Shown: positions 14,482 to 24,438 of the stretch, piece after piece
Layout of the letters: the number at the start of each line of letters is the position of its first letter
How positions within the stretch are numbered: the first letter of the stretch is position 1
Source of the DNA: an archaeon
GTDB taxonomy: Archaea > Iainarchaeota > Iainarchaeia > Iainarchaeales > CSSED10-239
Length of the DNA: 32,000 bases
Reading direction: 5' to 3'
Assembly: GCA_035387745.1 (NCBI GenBank)
Contig: DAOOON010000001.1
Location: 31,952-63,951, forward strand
Made by a program: the position numbers and the translations under genes
Notes under the pieces: model-generated
The model's database searches: none
What the model was told of the DNA's origin: nothing
The model's input: only the letters and a program-made list of their open reading frames with translations

Positions 14482-14932
14482 ATTGGTTTTTATTTTAGTG
14501 ATGCTTGTGTTAATGCTTCCAGCAACAATGCATCACAGCGCTATTGTTACCTATAGTGCCCAAGCTCAAGCAAACGATCTTTTGTTATTAACAGACCAAG
14601 CAATTGCTGATGCCCTTGCAGATGGCTCTCACAGCGGATGTTTAGCAAGTTCTAACCAAGTAGCTAGTTATGTTAATAATCTTCAAACTGCATATCAAGA
14701 TATAGGAAACAATTGTGAGATTTTAGTAAATGTTTCTGGCACAAATCCATATACCGGCGATGCAAATGTAACTTGCTTTAAGAACAATGGCGATACCACC
14801 ACATACATAAAGAAAAGAATGACTTTTAATAAAACAGTTACTGCAACTTCTGGTGGTGGAACCTGTAGAGTAATAGTTATTGATAACCTTTCTAGTGGAG
14901 CAAACCAAGTAGATTATAATCTTTCAACTTAA
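14459..14932 (+). CDS. Class III signal peptide (type IV prepilin-like) protein 4
   Basis: The ATG at 14459 gives MARKGLFELVFILVMLVLMLPA. The ORF-track start at 14450 is GTG. The mature part contains four Cys. Confidence 0.6.
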   Translation: MARKGLFELVFILVMLVLMLPATMHHSAIVTYSAQAQANDLLLLTDQAIADALADGSHSGCLASSNQVASYVNNLQTAYQDIGNNCEILVNVSGTNPYTGDANVTCFKNNGDTTTYIKKRMTFNKTVTATSGGGTCRVIVIDNLSSGANQVDYNLST

Positions 14933-16707
14933 GTAGTATAATAATATTTATTTTCTTTTTTCTGTTCTTGGTCTTTTTGTGAGCCTGGCTTATTTGCTCT
15001 TGGCCTCTTTGTCTCTGGGTCTTGCCTAAAAGTCATGTTTTCAATCTTTAAAAAGCTATTAAATGCTTCTTGTATGCCAGTGATGCCTTTTGCAAAGCCT
15101 TTTTCTCCAGGAGCCCCCTCAAACAGAAGCATTCTGTCTGAGATATAATCTAAGAGAAGAAGATCATGATCAACAACAAACGCGCATTTCTCAGTTTTAG
15201 TTATGATGTTTTTAATAGCTGTAGAAACCACAAGCCTTAGTTCAACATCCAAGAACGCACTCGGCTCATCAATCAAGTAGATGTCTGCGCTCTTTGATAG
15301 GCAATTAGCTATAGCAACTTTTTGTAGTTCTCCTCCACTAAGTTCTCCAATCTTTTGATTAAATAAGCTTTCTAAATCAAATTGTCTTTTTAGTTCAGAG
15401 GATAAGATTTCTTGATCAATTTCTTTTCCACTAAACAAGTCTCTAACCAACATCTCTTGATCTAAGTCAATATATTGTGGCTTGTATGATATTTTTAGTT
15501 TTAAATCAATATTATTTTCTTCTGATTTTTCAAGACCAGCTAAGACTTTAATAAATGTGGTTTTCCCAATTGCGTTTGCCCCAAGTATTCCAATCACTTC
15601 GCCTCTGTTAACTTTTGCCTCGTTTGCCTCAAGCAAAAAGCTTCCTAGCTTTTTTGTAAAGCTCGGATATTCAAAGAACAAAAGTCTTTTTGTTATGCCT
15701 TTGTCTTGTGTGGAGCTAAAGGTTATGGCATTTGTTCTAATCCTTATATTTTCTTCTTTTAAAAAGCCGTCTAGAAATTCGTTTATTCCTTTCTTTGTGG
15801 TCTTCTTGTTTGAGGAGATACCATATGCTTGTTTCTGTCCAAAGAACACATGCACAAAGTCGCTTAGGTAATCCAAGATTGCAAGATCGTGTTCAATCAA
15901 AAGCATAGAATTTTCTGTAGTTATTTTTTCTCTTAGGATTTTTGCAATTCTAAATCTTTGCTTGATATCAAGAAATGTAGAATATTCATCAAAGAAATAA
16001 AGATTAGCAGCCTTTAAAAGAGTAGAAGCAATTGCAACTCTTTGTAGTTCTCCGCCAGATATTTCTTTTGGTGTTTTTTCAAGTAGTTTTTCAAGTTCTA
16101 GTTCTTTAATTATTTGCGCTTTATATTTTTCGTCTTTTGATATTCCATCTAAAAGCTCATATATTTTTTTGTTATAGGCTTTTGGGATGTCTTCTACCTT
16201 TTGTATCTTGTAAGCAATTGTTATCTTGTTATCTCTTAAGTCCTCAAAATGCTGTTGTATTGCTTTGCCTCTAAAGTATTCAATTACTTTTTCTTTGTCG
16301 CCAGGCAAGGAGTAGTCTCCAAAGTTAGGAACAAGGTTTCCGGATAAGATGTTAATTGCTGTAGTTTTCCCAGCACCGTTTCTTCCAATAACGCCAGTAA
16401 TAAATCCGTTCTCTATAGTTGGCAAAGAAAACAATCTAAACATATTTTTTCCATATTGGTGAAGAGGGTTGTCTAGTTCCATTCCAATATTAATGATTGA
16501 TATTGCTTTTTCTGGGCATCTGTTCTGGCATATGCCGCAGCCAGTACATAAGGTTTCATCAATTATTGGAAATATGTTTCCTTGTTCAACAATAATTGTT
16601 TCTTCGCCCATTCGTACCCCTGGGCAAAGTCTTTTACAAAGATAATTACAGTTCTTTGGTTGACATTTGTCTTTATCAACAATAGCAATTCGAATGTTTT
16701 TTGCCAT
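14929..16707 (-). CDS. ABCE1 (RNase L inhibitor homologue; ribosome-recycling ATPase)
   Basis: 592 aa. It has N-terminal 4Fe-4S motifs (CQPKNCNYLCKRLCP; CTGCGICQNRCP) and two ABC cassettes (GRNGAGKT / GANAIGKT; LSGGELQR / LSGGELQK). Confidence 0.95.
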   Translation of the reverse strand: MAKNIRIAIVDKDKCQPKNCNYLCKRLCPGVRMGEETIIVEQGNIFPIIDETLCTGCGICQNRCPEKAISIINIGMELDNPLHQYGKNMFRLFSLPTIENGFITGVIGRNGAGKTTAINILSGNLVPNFGDYSLPGDKEKVIEYFRGKAIQQHFEDLRDNKITIAYKIQKVEDIPKAYNKKIYELLDGISKDEKYKAQIIKELELEKLLEKTPKEISGGELQRVAIASTLLKAANLYFFDEYSTFLDIKQRFRIAKILREKITTENSMLLIEHDLAILDYLSDFVHVFFGQKQAYGISSNKKTTKKGINEFLDGFLKEENIRIRTNAITFSSTQDKGITKRLLFFEYPSFTKKLGSFLLEANEAKVNRGEVIGILGANAIGKTTFIKVLAGLEKSEENNIDLKLKISYKPQYIDLDQEMLVRDLFSGKEIDQEILSSELKRQFDLESLFNQKIGELSGGELQKVAIANCLSKSADIYLIDEPSAFLDVELRLVVSTAIKNIITKTEKCAFVVDHDLLLLDYISDRMLLFEGAPGEKGFAKGITGIQEAFNSFLKIENMTFRQDPETKRPRANKPGSQKDQEQKKENKYYYTT

Positions 16708-16711
16708 AATT

Positions 16712-17947
16712 TTAACTCACAATTTTCTCATATTGTTTTTCTGTAATCTTTGCACCCAAGTATTTCATCTCCTCGAGCGTGAAATCAAAGTGCGTTATAA
16801 GGTCTGTTGTGCATTTGTTTGTTTTTGCAATAATTAACATAAATGGGAGATAGTCTCTTAAGATTATTCTCTTAGAACAATGTATTCTTTGTTTCATTTT
16901 CTCTACAACAGATTTTTGTAGAATCTTATCTTTAGTGGTATACATTCTCATGACTCTTGGAAACTGAAATGGAGTATATCCACTACTTATTTCTCTTTCT
17001 TTCTTAGAATAAGCAACACCGACAGTCAAGTAGTCAAAAACATACTTTAAAAGAACCCAGTTGCTGCCTCTTATCCTTGAGTAATTGATATCGGCTTTAC
17101 TTAGATTATCAAAGGCACGATTAAGATTATTTGCGTTCTTGTATTGTCTAGGAATATTCTCCTCAACCCAAAGCATTAACAAGTCCCAATTGATATTTAG
17201 GCTGTCAATAACATTACGAGTTTCATAAAAGTCTTTTGGGTAAAATATTTTCTGTAAAACCTTAAACACATCCTCGTCTTTCTTTCTATCGCCAAGGCTT
17301 TCGGTGTCTTCTAATGTTATTTTTTTATTAAAAGATAGAGTGTAGATATCAATCATTGTTGCTCTGACATCGTTAGCAGCATTTTCAATAATACTATTTA
17401 GAGCCACAAGATCATAATCAATTTCTTCTTTATCGCAAATCTCTTTAGCAAACTTTAGAATTGAAGGTTTATGTGGAAGATCAAATTTTATTTTTTCGCA
17501 TTTTTCAAAGATTGGCCGTAGTTTTTTATTCTCGTAAGGGTCGTTAGCAATAATTATGATTGGCTGTTTAGATTTGTCAAAGGTTTTTTCAAGCTCTGTA
17601 AAAAAACCAAAGTCTTCTCCGCCTTTCTTATCAGCAACAGAGTCAATCTCATCAATTAATACTAGTCTTGTTGTTCCAAAAAGAGTGTTACTAGTGCATG
17701 CCGCATTAAGCAAGTTCTTTGTGTTTTCTTTGTCTCTTAAGTCAGAAGCATCAGTTGTTAGTATTGCCCATTTTTTTTCTTTTGCTAAGAGATTAGCAAC
17801 TAAAGTTTTACCAATACCAGGGGCTCCATAGATAAATAAAGGTTTATCATGTTTCTCACTCCATCTTCTTATGGTTTCAATTGCTGGCTTGTTTCCAACA
17901 ATTTCCTCAAGGCTTTTTGGAGTGTATTTATCAAAAAAGCTCTTCAT
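16712..17947 (-). CDS. rfcL: Replication factor C large subunit
   Basis: 411 aa with FDKYTPKSLEEIVGNK, P-loop GAPGIGKT and Walker B LVLIDEID. The length and C-terminal region are typical of archaeal RfcL. Confidence 0.85.
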   Translation of the reverse strand: MKSFFDKYTPKSLEEIVGNKPAIETIRRWSEKHDKPLFIYGAPGIGKTLVANLLAKEKKWAILTTDASDLRDKENTKNLLNAACTSNTLFGTTRLVLIDEIDSVADKKGGEDFGFFTELEKTFDKSKQPIIIIANDPYENKKLRPIFEKCEKIKFDLPHKPSILKFAKEICDKEEIDYDLVALNSIIENAANDVRATMIDIYTLSFNKKITLEDTESLGDRKKDEDVFKVLQKIFYPKDFYETRNVIDSLNINWDLLMLWVEENIPRQYKNANNLNRAFDNLSKADINYSRIRGSNWVLLKYVFDYLTVGVAYSKKEREISSGYTPFQFPRVMRMYTTKDKILQKSVVEKMKQRIHCSKRIILRDYLPFMLIIAKTNKCTTDLITHFDFTLEEMKYLGAKITEKQYEKIVS

Positions 17948-17986
17948 AATATAATATAACTAAAGAAAGTATTAAAATAGGTTTAT

Positions 17987-18937
17987 TTAGATTTTTTTGT
18001 CTTCGTTTTTTGTGTTTTTCAAGACATCAGCAAAGCTTTGCTTTTTCTTGGATGCTTTTTCTAGTAATTTCTTTTTCTTAGTTTCCCATTTTTTTCCAGT
18101 TCTTGTCTTTGCAAGTCCACCCCTTGCTGTTTCTTTTAATTCATCATCCATTCTGTTTCCAATCTCATCCATAGCGCTTGCAACTTCGTCAAAAGGGATA
18201 TAAGACTTGATTCCGGATAATGCCATCTGTGCAGCAACAAAAGCTATGCCGATGCTTGTTGCGTTTCTTTTTCTGCAAGGAACAGAAACAACACCTGCTA
18301 CAGGATCACAAACAAGCCCAAGCATATTTTTTAATGCAAGTGCTGCAGCATTTTCGACCATCTCTGGGTTAGTGTTGTCTTTATAGAGAAGATGAATGAT
18401 TGCTCCTGCTGCCATTGCAGTAGCAGAGCCACATTCTGCTTGACAGCCGTGTGCTGCTCCAGAGATTGATGCGTTTTTAATAATTGATAGTTCTATTGCT
18501 GCAGCAGTCAAGAGTGCATTTTGAATATCTTTCTCTGAACAATTATAATCCTGGGAAACAGCCATGATACAGCCAGGAACTATTCCTGAGGAGCCGGCAG
18601 TTGGGCAAGCAATGACTGTTCCCATGTTAAGATTATTTTCGCTGATTGCTAATGCATAAACGCAGGCCTTATGAAGGGTATTACCTAGGATTCTAGTTTT
18701 CTTGTTTGCCATCTTTATGGAATCAGAAGAAAACATAAGATTCTTGAATTTGTAGTTCCCTTTAAGTCCTGAAGTTATTCCTCTATTAAATGTGTTTATG
18801 GAATTATTTAGTTTATTTGAAATCTCTTTATCGCTTCTCTTAAAACTAACTCTCTCATCTTCTTTTACAATTTCTGCAATTGTTATTTTTCGTTCTTTTG
18901 CAAGTTTAACAATATCTCTAAGTATATACTCGGTCAT
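17987..18937 (-). CDS. sdaAA: L-serine dehydratase (iron-sulfur dependent), alpha subunit, with a lysine-rich C-terminal tail
   Basis: 316 aa with CPTAGSSGIVPG, GAAHGCQAECGSA and LVCDPVAG blocks. It overlaps the beta-subunit gene by 4 nt. Confidence 0.85.
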   Translation of the reverse strand: MTEYILRDIVKLAKERKITIAEIVKEDERVSFKRSDKEISNKLNNSINTFNRGITSGLKGNYKFKNLMFSSDSIKMANKKTRILGNTLHKACVYALAISENNLNMGTVIACPTAGSSGIVPGCIMAVSQDYNCSEKDIQNALLTAAAIELSIIKNASISGAAHGCQAECGSATAMAAGAIIHLLYKDNTNPEMVENAAALALKNMLGLVCDPVAGVVSVPCRKRNATSIGIAFVAAQMALSGIKSYIPFDEVASAMDEIGNRMDDELKETARGGLAKTRTGKKWETKKKKLLEKASKKKQSFADVLKNTKNEDKKI

Positions 18938-19350
18938 AAAGATGCAACCTCGTTAAATTTTATTCTCCCGCCACCAATAGAAGTGCCTCTAAAAAATCTG
19001 GTGATATTTGCTTTGTTTTTTACTGCAAGAAACACTGTATTAGGATGGTATTTTTCATCAATGTGATGATGCCATTCAATCTTTATGCCTTTACTATACG
19101 CATATTCAAAAGAGAACGGGATCTTTGGGTCTGTTTCTTTAAACCCCAAAAGCCCAGCAACAAGTGCGCTCTTTGTCATGTGTGCGTCTCCAGTGTCTGC
19201 TAATGAGTTATAAAGAACAATTTTTACTGCTTTAATATCTTTTACTTTACCAGATACCTTAAGGCCGATGTTCATTACTCCTGCAGTATGAGAGCTAGAA
19301 GGCCCGACAATCTCAGAAGTAACAAGGTCAAGTAAGCTTATGTATGGCAT
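18934..19350 (-). CDS. sdaAB: L-serine dehydratase, beta subunit
   Basis: 138 aa. It has an N-terminal GPSSSHTAG motif and an ACT-like remainder, and lies directly upstream of sdaAA. Confidence 0.8.
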   Translation of the reverse strand: MPYISLLDLVTSEIVGPSSSHTAGVMNIGLKVSGKVKDIKAVKIVLYNSLADTGDAHMTKSALVAGLLGFKETDPKIPFSFEYAYSKGIKIEWHHHIDEKYHPNTVFLAVKNKANITRFFRGTSIGGGRIKFNEVASL

Positions 19351-19463
19351 ATTAATCTTTCTCCAATTTCTATTATTATGATAAACAAAAAATATTATAA
19401 ATAGCTTGTCTTATAATTACCTTTTTAAAATAATTGTTGTTTATTCTAATAGAGTGAATAATT

Positions 19464-20180
19464 ATGATATCTACAAAAAATACAAATCTATTAACTAAAA
19501 GCTTAGAAACTATAACCCCATTAATTCAGGAAACAAATGTTAGGTTTAAAGATGAAGGCATATATATCAAAGCAATAGATAAGACACAGATTCTTCTAGT
19601 GGACTTTTTCATGTCAAAAAAGGCCTTTGATACTTATGCAGTTGAACCAAGCCTTGTAGGTCTAAATATTCTAGAATTAAAAAACATGCTTTCTCGTTCA
19701 TTTGGTGAAGACAAGTTACAACTAAATCTTAAAGATCAAGGACTGGATGTGTATTTGCTAGGTAAAATTGAAAGAAAATTTTATCTGTCTTTTCTAGATC
19801 TTTCAGAACAAAACATTAATCTCCCAGAGATAAGATACGAGGTTGAGTTTAATATTGCTGCCGGTCTTTTAAAAGAAATATTAACAGACATTAATCTTGT
19901 AGCTTCGACCATAATTTTTAAGATAAATGATGGAAAATTAATAATAGAAGCAACCGGAGAAAAAGGGAATATCAAAACAACACTTCCAGAGATAAAAGTA
20001 AAATCTAAGAAAAACTTCTCTGCAAAGTTTTCTTTGTCTTTTTTAAGAAACATAGTTAAATCTATGGATAATGATAAAGTGTTATTAATAAAGCTTGCTG
20101 AAGATGTTCCAATATATATAGAATACACTCTAAGTAAAGATTGTATAATAAAGTTCTATTTAAGTTCTATGTTAATCTAG
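19464..20180 (+). CDS. pcn: DNA polymerase sliding clamp (PCNA)
   Basis: 238 aa, about the usual PCNA length, with a two-domain repeat pattern (FKDEGIYIKAIDKTQILLVDF ... KINDGKLIIEATGEKG). It lies near RFC in a replication context. Confidence 0.8.
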   Translation: MISTKNTNLLTKSLETITPLIQETNVRFKDEGIYIKAIDKTQILLVDFFMSKKAFDTYAVEPSLVGLNILELKNMLSRSFGEDKLQLNLKDQGLDVYLLGKIERKFYLSFLDLSEQNINLPEIRYEVEFNIAAGLLKEILTDINLVASTIIFKINDGKLIIEATGEKGNIKTTLPEIKVKSKKNFSAKFSLSFLRNIVKSMDNDKVLLIKLAEDVPIYIEYTLSKDCIIKFYLSSMLI

Positions 20181-20189
20181 AGACAAAAA

Positions 20190-20720
20190 ATGAATTCTAT
20201 TAAAAAATTTAATTTTAAAACAAAAAACGAGTTTCATCAATTTATAATAAAACACACACGTTTTTTAGCAGATTTAATAGATATACAAAATTATTCAGGA
20301 ATCGACTATAATTTTAATAAAGACGGGCTTTATAAATTTTTAAAAGCTGATTTTAAAAAAGGGGGGTCTGTTTTTTTAATATATGACGGTAAAGACCCAA
20401 TTGGTGCGATTTATGGTTATAATAATGTCTATGGTGATCGCGAATTTACTTTAAGTTTCTTTGCAATAAAAAAAGAATATCAAAGAAAAGGATTTGGCAA
20501 AAAATTATTGAAATTTGCATACGACGAATTATTAAATACTCAAGGTTATAAAAATGTCTGCATGTTTAGTTCTTCAGGCACAAGAGCAATAAATAAACAG
20601 ATTAGTGGTTTAAAAAATAATGGGAAATTAAAGCCTGGCCCTAAATCATATAAATTAGATAGCACACACGGAACAGATAAAGTTTATTTAATACCAAAAC
20701 CAAGGCACATACTAAAATAG
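20190..20720 (+). CDS. GNAT-family N-acetyltransferase
   Basis: 176 aa with the acetyl-CoA motif A, FAIKKEYQRKGFGKKLLKFA (Q/R-x-x-G-x-G/A). Confidence 0.7.
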   Translation: MNSIKKFNFKTKNEFHQFIIKHTRFLADLIDIQNYSGIDYNFNKDGLYKFLKADFKKGGSVFLIYDGKDPIGAIYGYNNVYGDREFTLSFFAIKKEYQRKGFGKKLLKFAYDELLNTQGYKNVCMFSSSGTRAINKQISGLKNNGKLKPGPKSYKLDSTHGTDKVYLIPKPRHILK

Positions 20721-20727
20721 AAAAATT

Positions 20728-21420
20728 ATGTCAAGACCTATTAGACCAATGGGCCCGATGCTTAAGGGGGGTTATTCCGAAAGATTAACTAAAAGAGTTT
20801 CAAGAAAGAAAACAAATACCGTAAAACCAATAAAATTCAACAAACCATATCTTTCTGATTACGATACAAGACTTATAAAGTTTAGATTTGCGTTTGAAAA
20901 TAAATATGGTTTTAATATCTTTAAAACAAAAGGACAAGAGCTTCACGTTTTCTTACCAATGACATCTATGTCTCCTCAAGGTTATCTATTAAAATCCTTT
21001 TTTGAACAGACTCTGCCACAAGCAAGAGTTACATTTCTAGTAACTCCAAAGACTGATGCGCTAGCAAAAACAAAAGATTCCGAATTTAGAAGAAAGGCTT
21101 TAGATAATTTAGAAAATAATTTAAGAAGGTCTCTTAATATACATGACAAATACTTTGTGTGTTTTGATTATATTGACACAGGAAAAACCCAAATAAACAT
21201 TATGCAAGCATTAAACAAAATATATAACAGAGAAGTAAACTATATGGCCGTAAAATCGCCAGAAGGTGGGGCAGTAACAACTCACCTAAAAGAAACAGAC
21301 GGTAGTTCTATAAGGCTATACCATTCAAAAGCAAAAACTAAAAACATAATACAAGAACATTATAACGCAGGCATGGAACTATCCAGAAAAAAACAATTCA
21401 TGTTAAAGTTATTAGAATAA
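20728..21420 (+). CDS. Hypothetical protein with a type I phosphoribosyltransferase-like PRPP-binding loop (FVCFDYIDTGKT)
   Basis: 230-aa ORF with a basic N-terminus. FVCFDYIDTGKTQINIM resembles the HGPRT-type motif (hydrophobic x4, acidic, x2, DTGKT). No other family signal was recognised. Confidence 0.5.
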   Translation: MSRPIRPMGPMLKGGYSERLTKRVSRKKTNTVKPIKFNKPYLSDYDTRLIKFRFAFENKYGFNIFKTKGQELHVFLPMTSMSPQGYLLKSFFEQTLPQARVTFLVTPKTDALAKTKDSEFRRKALDNLENNLRRSLNIHDKYFVCFDYIDTGKTQINIMQALNKIYNREVNYMAVKSPEGGAVTTHLKETDGSSIRLYHSKAKTKNIIQEHYNAGMELSRKKQFMLKLLE

Positions 21421-21424
21421 AGAT

Positions 21425-23362
21425 TTATACTAATTTAATAGCATAAGTCTTATTTATTCTTTTTATTAATTCTTCTTTCTTTATAGAGTCTTTAAATGCA
21501 TGAAGTATTACTTCCCAAATTGTTTTAACCGGAATAATTTCTAGATCTTTAGCTACTTCTGGAGAAAGAACCAAGTCTTCTTTGTTTGATTCGGGAATTA
21601 TAACTTTTTTTATTTTTGCGTTTTTTGCAGCATTAACTTTAGCAGTAACTCCCCCTATTGGTAAAACGTCTCCTCTAATAGAAAGCGAACCAGTCATTGC
21701 TATATCTTGCTTAATTGGAATATTTTCAAGAACCGAAATAATTGCTGTAGCAATAGAAATAGACGCCGAGTCTCCTTCAACATTATAGGTTTGTAAAAAC
21801 TGCACATGTATGTCATAGTTAGAGATGTCTTTGCCTGTTAATTTCTTAATGATTGCAGAAACATTTTCTACTGATTCTTTAGCTATGTTTCCAAGTTGTC
21901 CGGTTGCTATGATTCTGCCTTCGTTTTTTGAAGCAGCAGGAGTTATTTCACACTCTATTGGTAAAAGAAGCCCAGCATCGCTTTCATTCATGACAGCTAG
22001 GCCATTAACTCTCCCAACAGAGTATCCTGTGGTTTTAAAGATATCATAGTCTTTCTTAACAATCATCATCTTGTTAACCATTTGTTCTTCAAGAGTCTTT
22101 GCTGTGCTTTTTGCTTTAATAACTAAATCTCTTGTTACAAGTTTTTTGTTTTCTTCTAAAGCCAAGTCTCCCGAAGCTCTAATAAGTCCACCTAGTTCTC
22201 TTAGTTTTAATGTTAGGCTATTCTTTCTTGTTGCTCTCTTTCTTGCTTCAAAGATTATTTCATCAACTGCTTCTTTAGAAAAATGTGGAATCTTTTTATC
22301 TTTTGAAATTTCTTGAGCAACAAATTGCACAATTTTGTTTCTATTCTCGGCAGAGTCTGTCATATCTATATTCATATGGCATTCATATCCTGAACCTCTG
22401 ATTCTTGATCTGATTGCAGGATGCACTTTTTCAAGGTCGATATAATTTCCTGCAGCTACAAGTATAAAGTCACATGGAGCAGGAGTGGTTCTGACCATTG
22501 CGCCGCTTGACATTTCGGATTGTCCAGTAATACTAAATTTTTTTTCTTGTAATATAGTTAATAAGTCTTGTTGTGATTTTGGTGAAAGTGCAGAGATTTC
22601 ATCAATAAATAATACTCCTCCATTTGCTTTGTGAATCATTCCAGGAACTACTCTCATATGTGCAGGTGTTCCAAGGCCTCCAGATTGTAACGGATCATGT
22701 AAAACGTCTCCTAGTAAAGCCCCTGCTTTAGCACCAGTTGCATCAATAAAAGGAACTTCTTTCCTATTTCGATTATCAATAATAATTTTAGGAATAAGTG
22801 CTCTTTCTTTTTGCATCATCTGCATGCTTATAGAAGTTGAGACCATTAAAAATCCAGATAAAAGAAGCATTGCTGCAAACACAACGTCTGGAACCCATCC
22901 AAGTCTCCAAAAAACAATAGAAATTATTAGCCAGATTGTTGGAAGAAAAAACCCAATTATTCTTCCTGCGCCCATTTGTCTTGCTACTTCAATTTTTGTG
23001 GCATCAGTTATTTTTTTACCGTCTCCTGCAGGAACTTCTACAATTTTAGGGGTGTGAGAGTCTTCGTCATTAGGATAACACATGATATCTGTAAGCTTGT
23101 TTGTTGGCATTAATTCTGCAAGTGCCGAAGCAATCATTGATTTACCGGTCCCAGGAGCACCAATAAGCATTATGTGTCTTTTTTGGCCAGCAACCTTTTT
23201 TATAAGATTGATAGAAGCATCTTGCCCAATAACCTGATCAATCATTTTTTTTGGGATTTCTATTTCGCTCGTATCATTATAAATAAGTTCTTTAACATCA
23301 TTTTTTGCTTCTGCCTTTGTCTTTGTTTTATTTTGATTTTTTTTTGGCATTAATTCCACCAT
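21425..23362 (-). CDS. lonB: Archaeal membrane-bound Lon protease (LonB)
   Basis: 645 aa with Walker A GAPGTGKS and two TM helices inserted in the AAA+ module ([33 protein letters not shown]). The protease domain has [16 protein letters not shown] (Ser) and [11 protein letters not shown] (Lys). Confidence 0.92.
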   Translation of the reverse strand: MVELMPKKNQNKTKTKAEAKNDVKELIYNDTSEIEIPKKMIDQVIGQDASINLIKKVAGQKRHIMLIGAPGTGKSMIASALAELMPTNKLTDIMCYPNDEDSHTPKIVEVPAGDGKKITDATKIEVARQMGAGRIIGFFLPTIWLIISIVFWRLGWVPDVVFAAMLLLSGFLMVSTSISMQMMQKERALIPKIIIDNRNRKEVPFIDATGAKAGALLGDVLHDPLQSGGLGTPAHMRVVPGMIHKANGGVLFIDEISALSPKSQQDLLTILQEKKFSITGQSEMSSGAMVRTTPAPCDFILVAAGNYIDLEKVHPAIRSRIRGSGYECHMNIDMTDSAENRNKIVQFVAQEISKDKKIPHFSKEAVDEIIFEARKRATRKNSLTLKLRELGGLIRASGDLALEENKKLVTRDLVIKAKSTAKTLEEQMVNKMMIVKKDYDIFKTTGYSVGRVNGLAVMNESDAGLLLPIECEITPAASKNEGRIIATGQLGNIAKESVENVSAIIKKLTGKDISNYDIHVQFLQTYNVEGDSASISIATAIISVLENIPIKQDIAMTGSLSIRGDVLPIGGVTAKVNAAKNAKIKKVIIPESNKEDLVLSPEVAKDLEIIPVKTIWEVILHAFKDSIKKEELIKRINKTYAIKLV

Positions 23363-23436
23363 TAGTAAAAAATAGTATTTAATATATATTTAGTGTTCCA
23401 AATTGCTTAAAAACATATTTATACCTATATATTATT

Positions 23437-24375
23437 ATGTCTAACAAAATAAAAGTGTTTTTTTTAGGAAATTCGGCTTCTTTGCCAACAGCAGAGCGAA
23501 ATCTATCTTCTATGCTAATAAATTATAATGGTCAAAACTATTTGTTTGATTGCCCAGAGAATTGTCAGCAACAGATTATGAGGTCAAAACAAAGTATAAT
23601 GAAAATTAATAATATTTTTTTATCTCATATGCACGGGGATCATTTTTTTGGCATTTTAGGGCTTCTTTCGAGTTTTAAATTAAATAACAGAATAGCACAA
23701 CTTAATATATTTGTTCCAAAAAATGAGAAGAAGAACTTAGAACAATTAATAAAATTAACAATATATGATAAATATCCGCCAGAATATAAGATTAATATCG
23801 TAGAAGTTGAAAAAAATATTGCTTATCAGGATAAAGAAATAAAAGTAGAAGCAATTTCTCTAGACCACACCACGCGAACAAACGGCTATATCTTTAAAGT
23901 AAAGGACAAGGTTGGTAAATTTAATAAAGAAAAAGCACTAAAACTAAAGATTCCAGAAGGGCCTCTATTTTCTCAGCTTCAGAAAGGCAAGAGCATAAAG
24001 CTAAAAGGAAAAACAATAAAACCAGAGATGGTAATGGATTATAAGTTTAAGAAGATTGGCAAGAAAATAGCATATCTTTGTGATACCCAAGTTTTAAAGA
24101 ATATTCCAAAAGAGCTTATTGATATAGACATAATGGTCCATGAGTGCACTTTTTTTGTTGAAGATAAAGATAAGGCAAGGCTTGTTAAACATGCAGTGGC
24201 TGAAGAGGTTCCAATATTTTCTAAAAAAGCAAAAGTTAAACATCTTTACTTAACTCACATATCTAGTAAATATAATGATTTAGAAAAAAGAGAAAAGCAA
24301 TTACAAAAGAAAAATAAAGGCCAAAAAATAAATATAGTTCACGGCTTAAAAGAAATAGAACTTAATGATTATTAG
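23437..24375 (+). CDS. rnz: Ribonuclease Z (tRNA 3' endonuclease)
   Basis: 312 aa with FLGNSASLPTAERNLSS, the MBL motif LSHMHGDHFFG, and the C-terminal LTHIS typical of RNase Z. Confidence 0.85.
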   Translation: MSNKIKVFFLGNSASLPTAERNLSSMLINYNGQNYLFDCPENCQQQIMRSKQSIMKINNIFLSHMHGDHFFGILGLLSSFKLNNRIAQLNIFVPKNEKKNLEQLIKLTIYDKYPPEYKINIVEVEKNIAYQDKEIKVEAISLDHTTRTNGYIFKVKDKVGKFNKEKALKLKIPEGPLFSQLQKGKSIKLKGKTIKPEMVMDYKFKKIGKKIAYLCDTQVLKNIPKELIDIDIMVHECTFFVEDKDKARLVKHAVAEEVPIFSKKAKVKHLYLTHISSKYNDLEKREKQLQKKNKGQKINIVHGLKEIELNDY

Positions 24376-24438
24376 GTATATTTTTAAACATATCTCTAAA
24401 TAACATAAATACAATATAACATTAATTGGTGATTAAAG

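Noticed and set aside
14929-14932. Shared palindromic TTAA providing the stop codons of both the convergent pilin-like ORF (TAA, plus strand) and ABCE1 (TAA, minus strand). Similar 4-20 nt overlaps occur at 5313-5332, 8387-8393, 9175-9178, 13703-13706, 18934-18937 and 30186-30199.
   Set aside because: These are real but are simply consistent with extreme genome compaction. There is no evidence of regulatory significance.
17987-18115. Lysine-rich ~40-aa C-terminal tail on the L-serine dehydratase alpha subunit (KKWETKKKKLLEKASKKKQSF...NEDKKI).
   Set aside because: K-rich terminal extensions recur in several proteins of this window and are a common consequence of AT-biased composition in small archaeal genomes. 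There is no specific function to propose.
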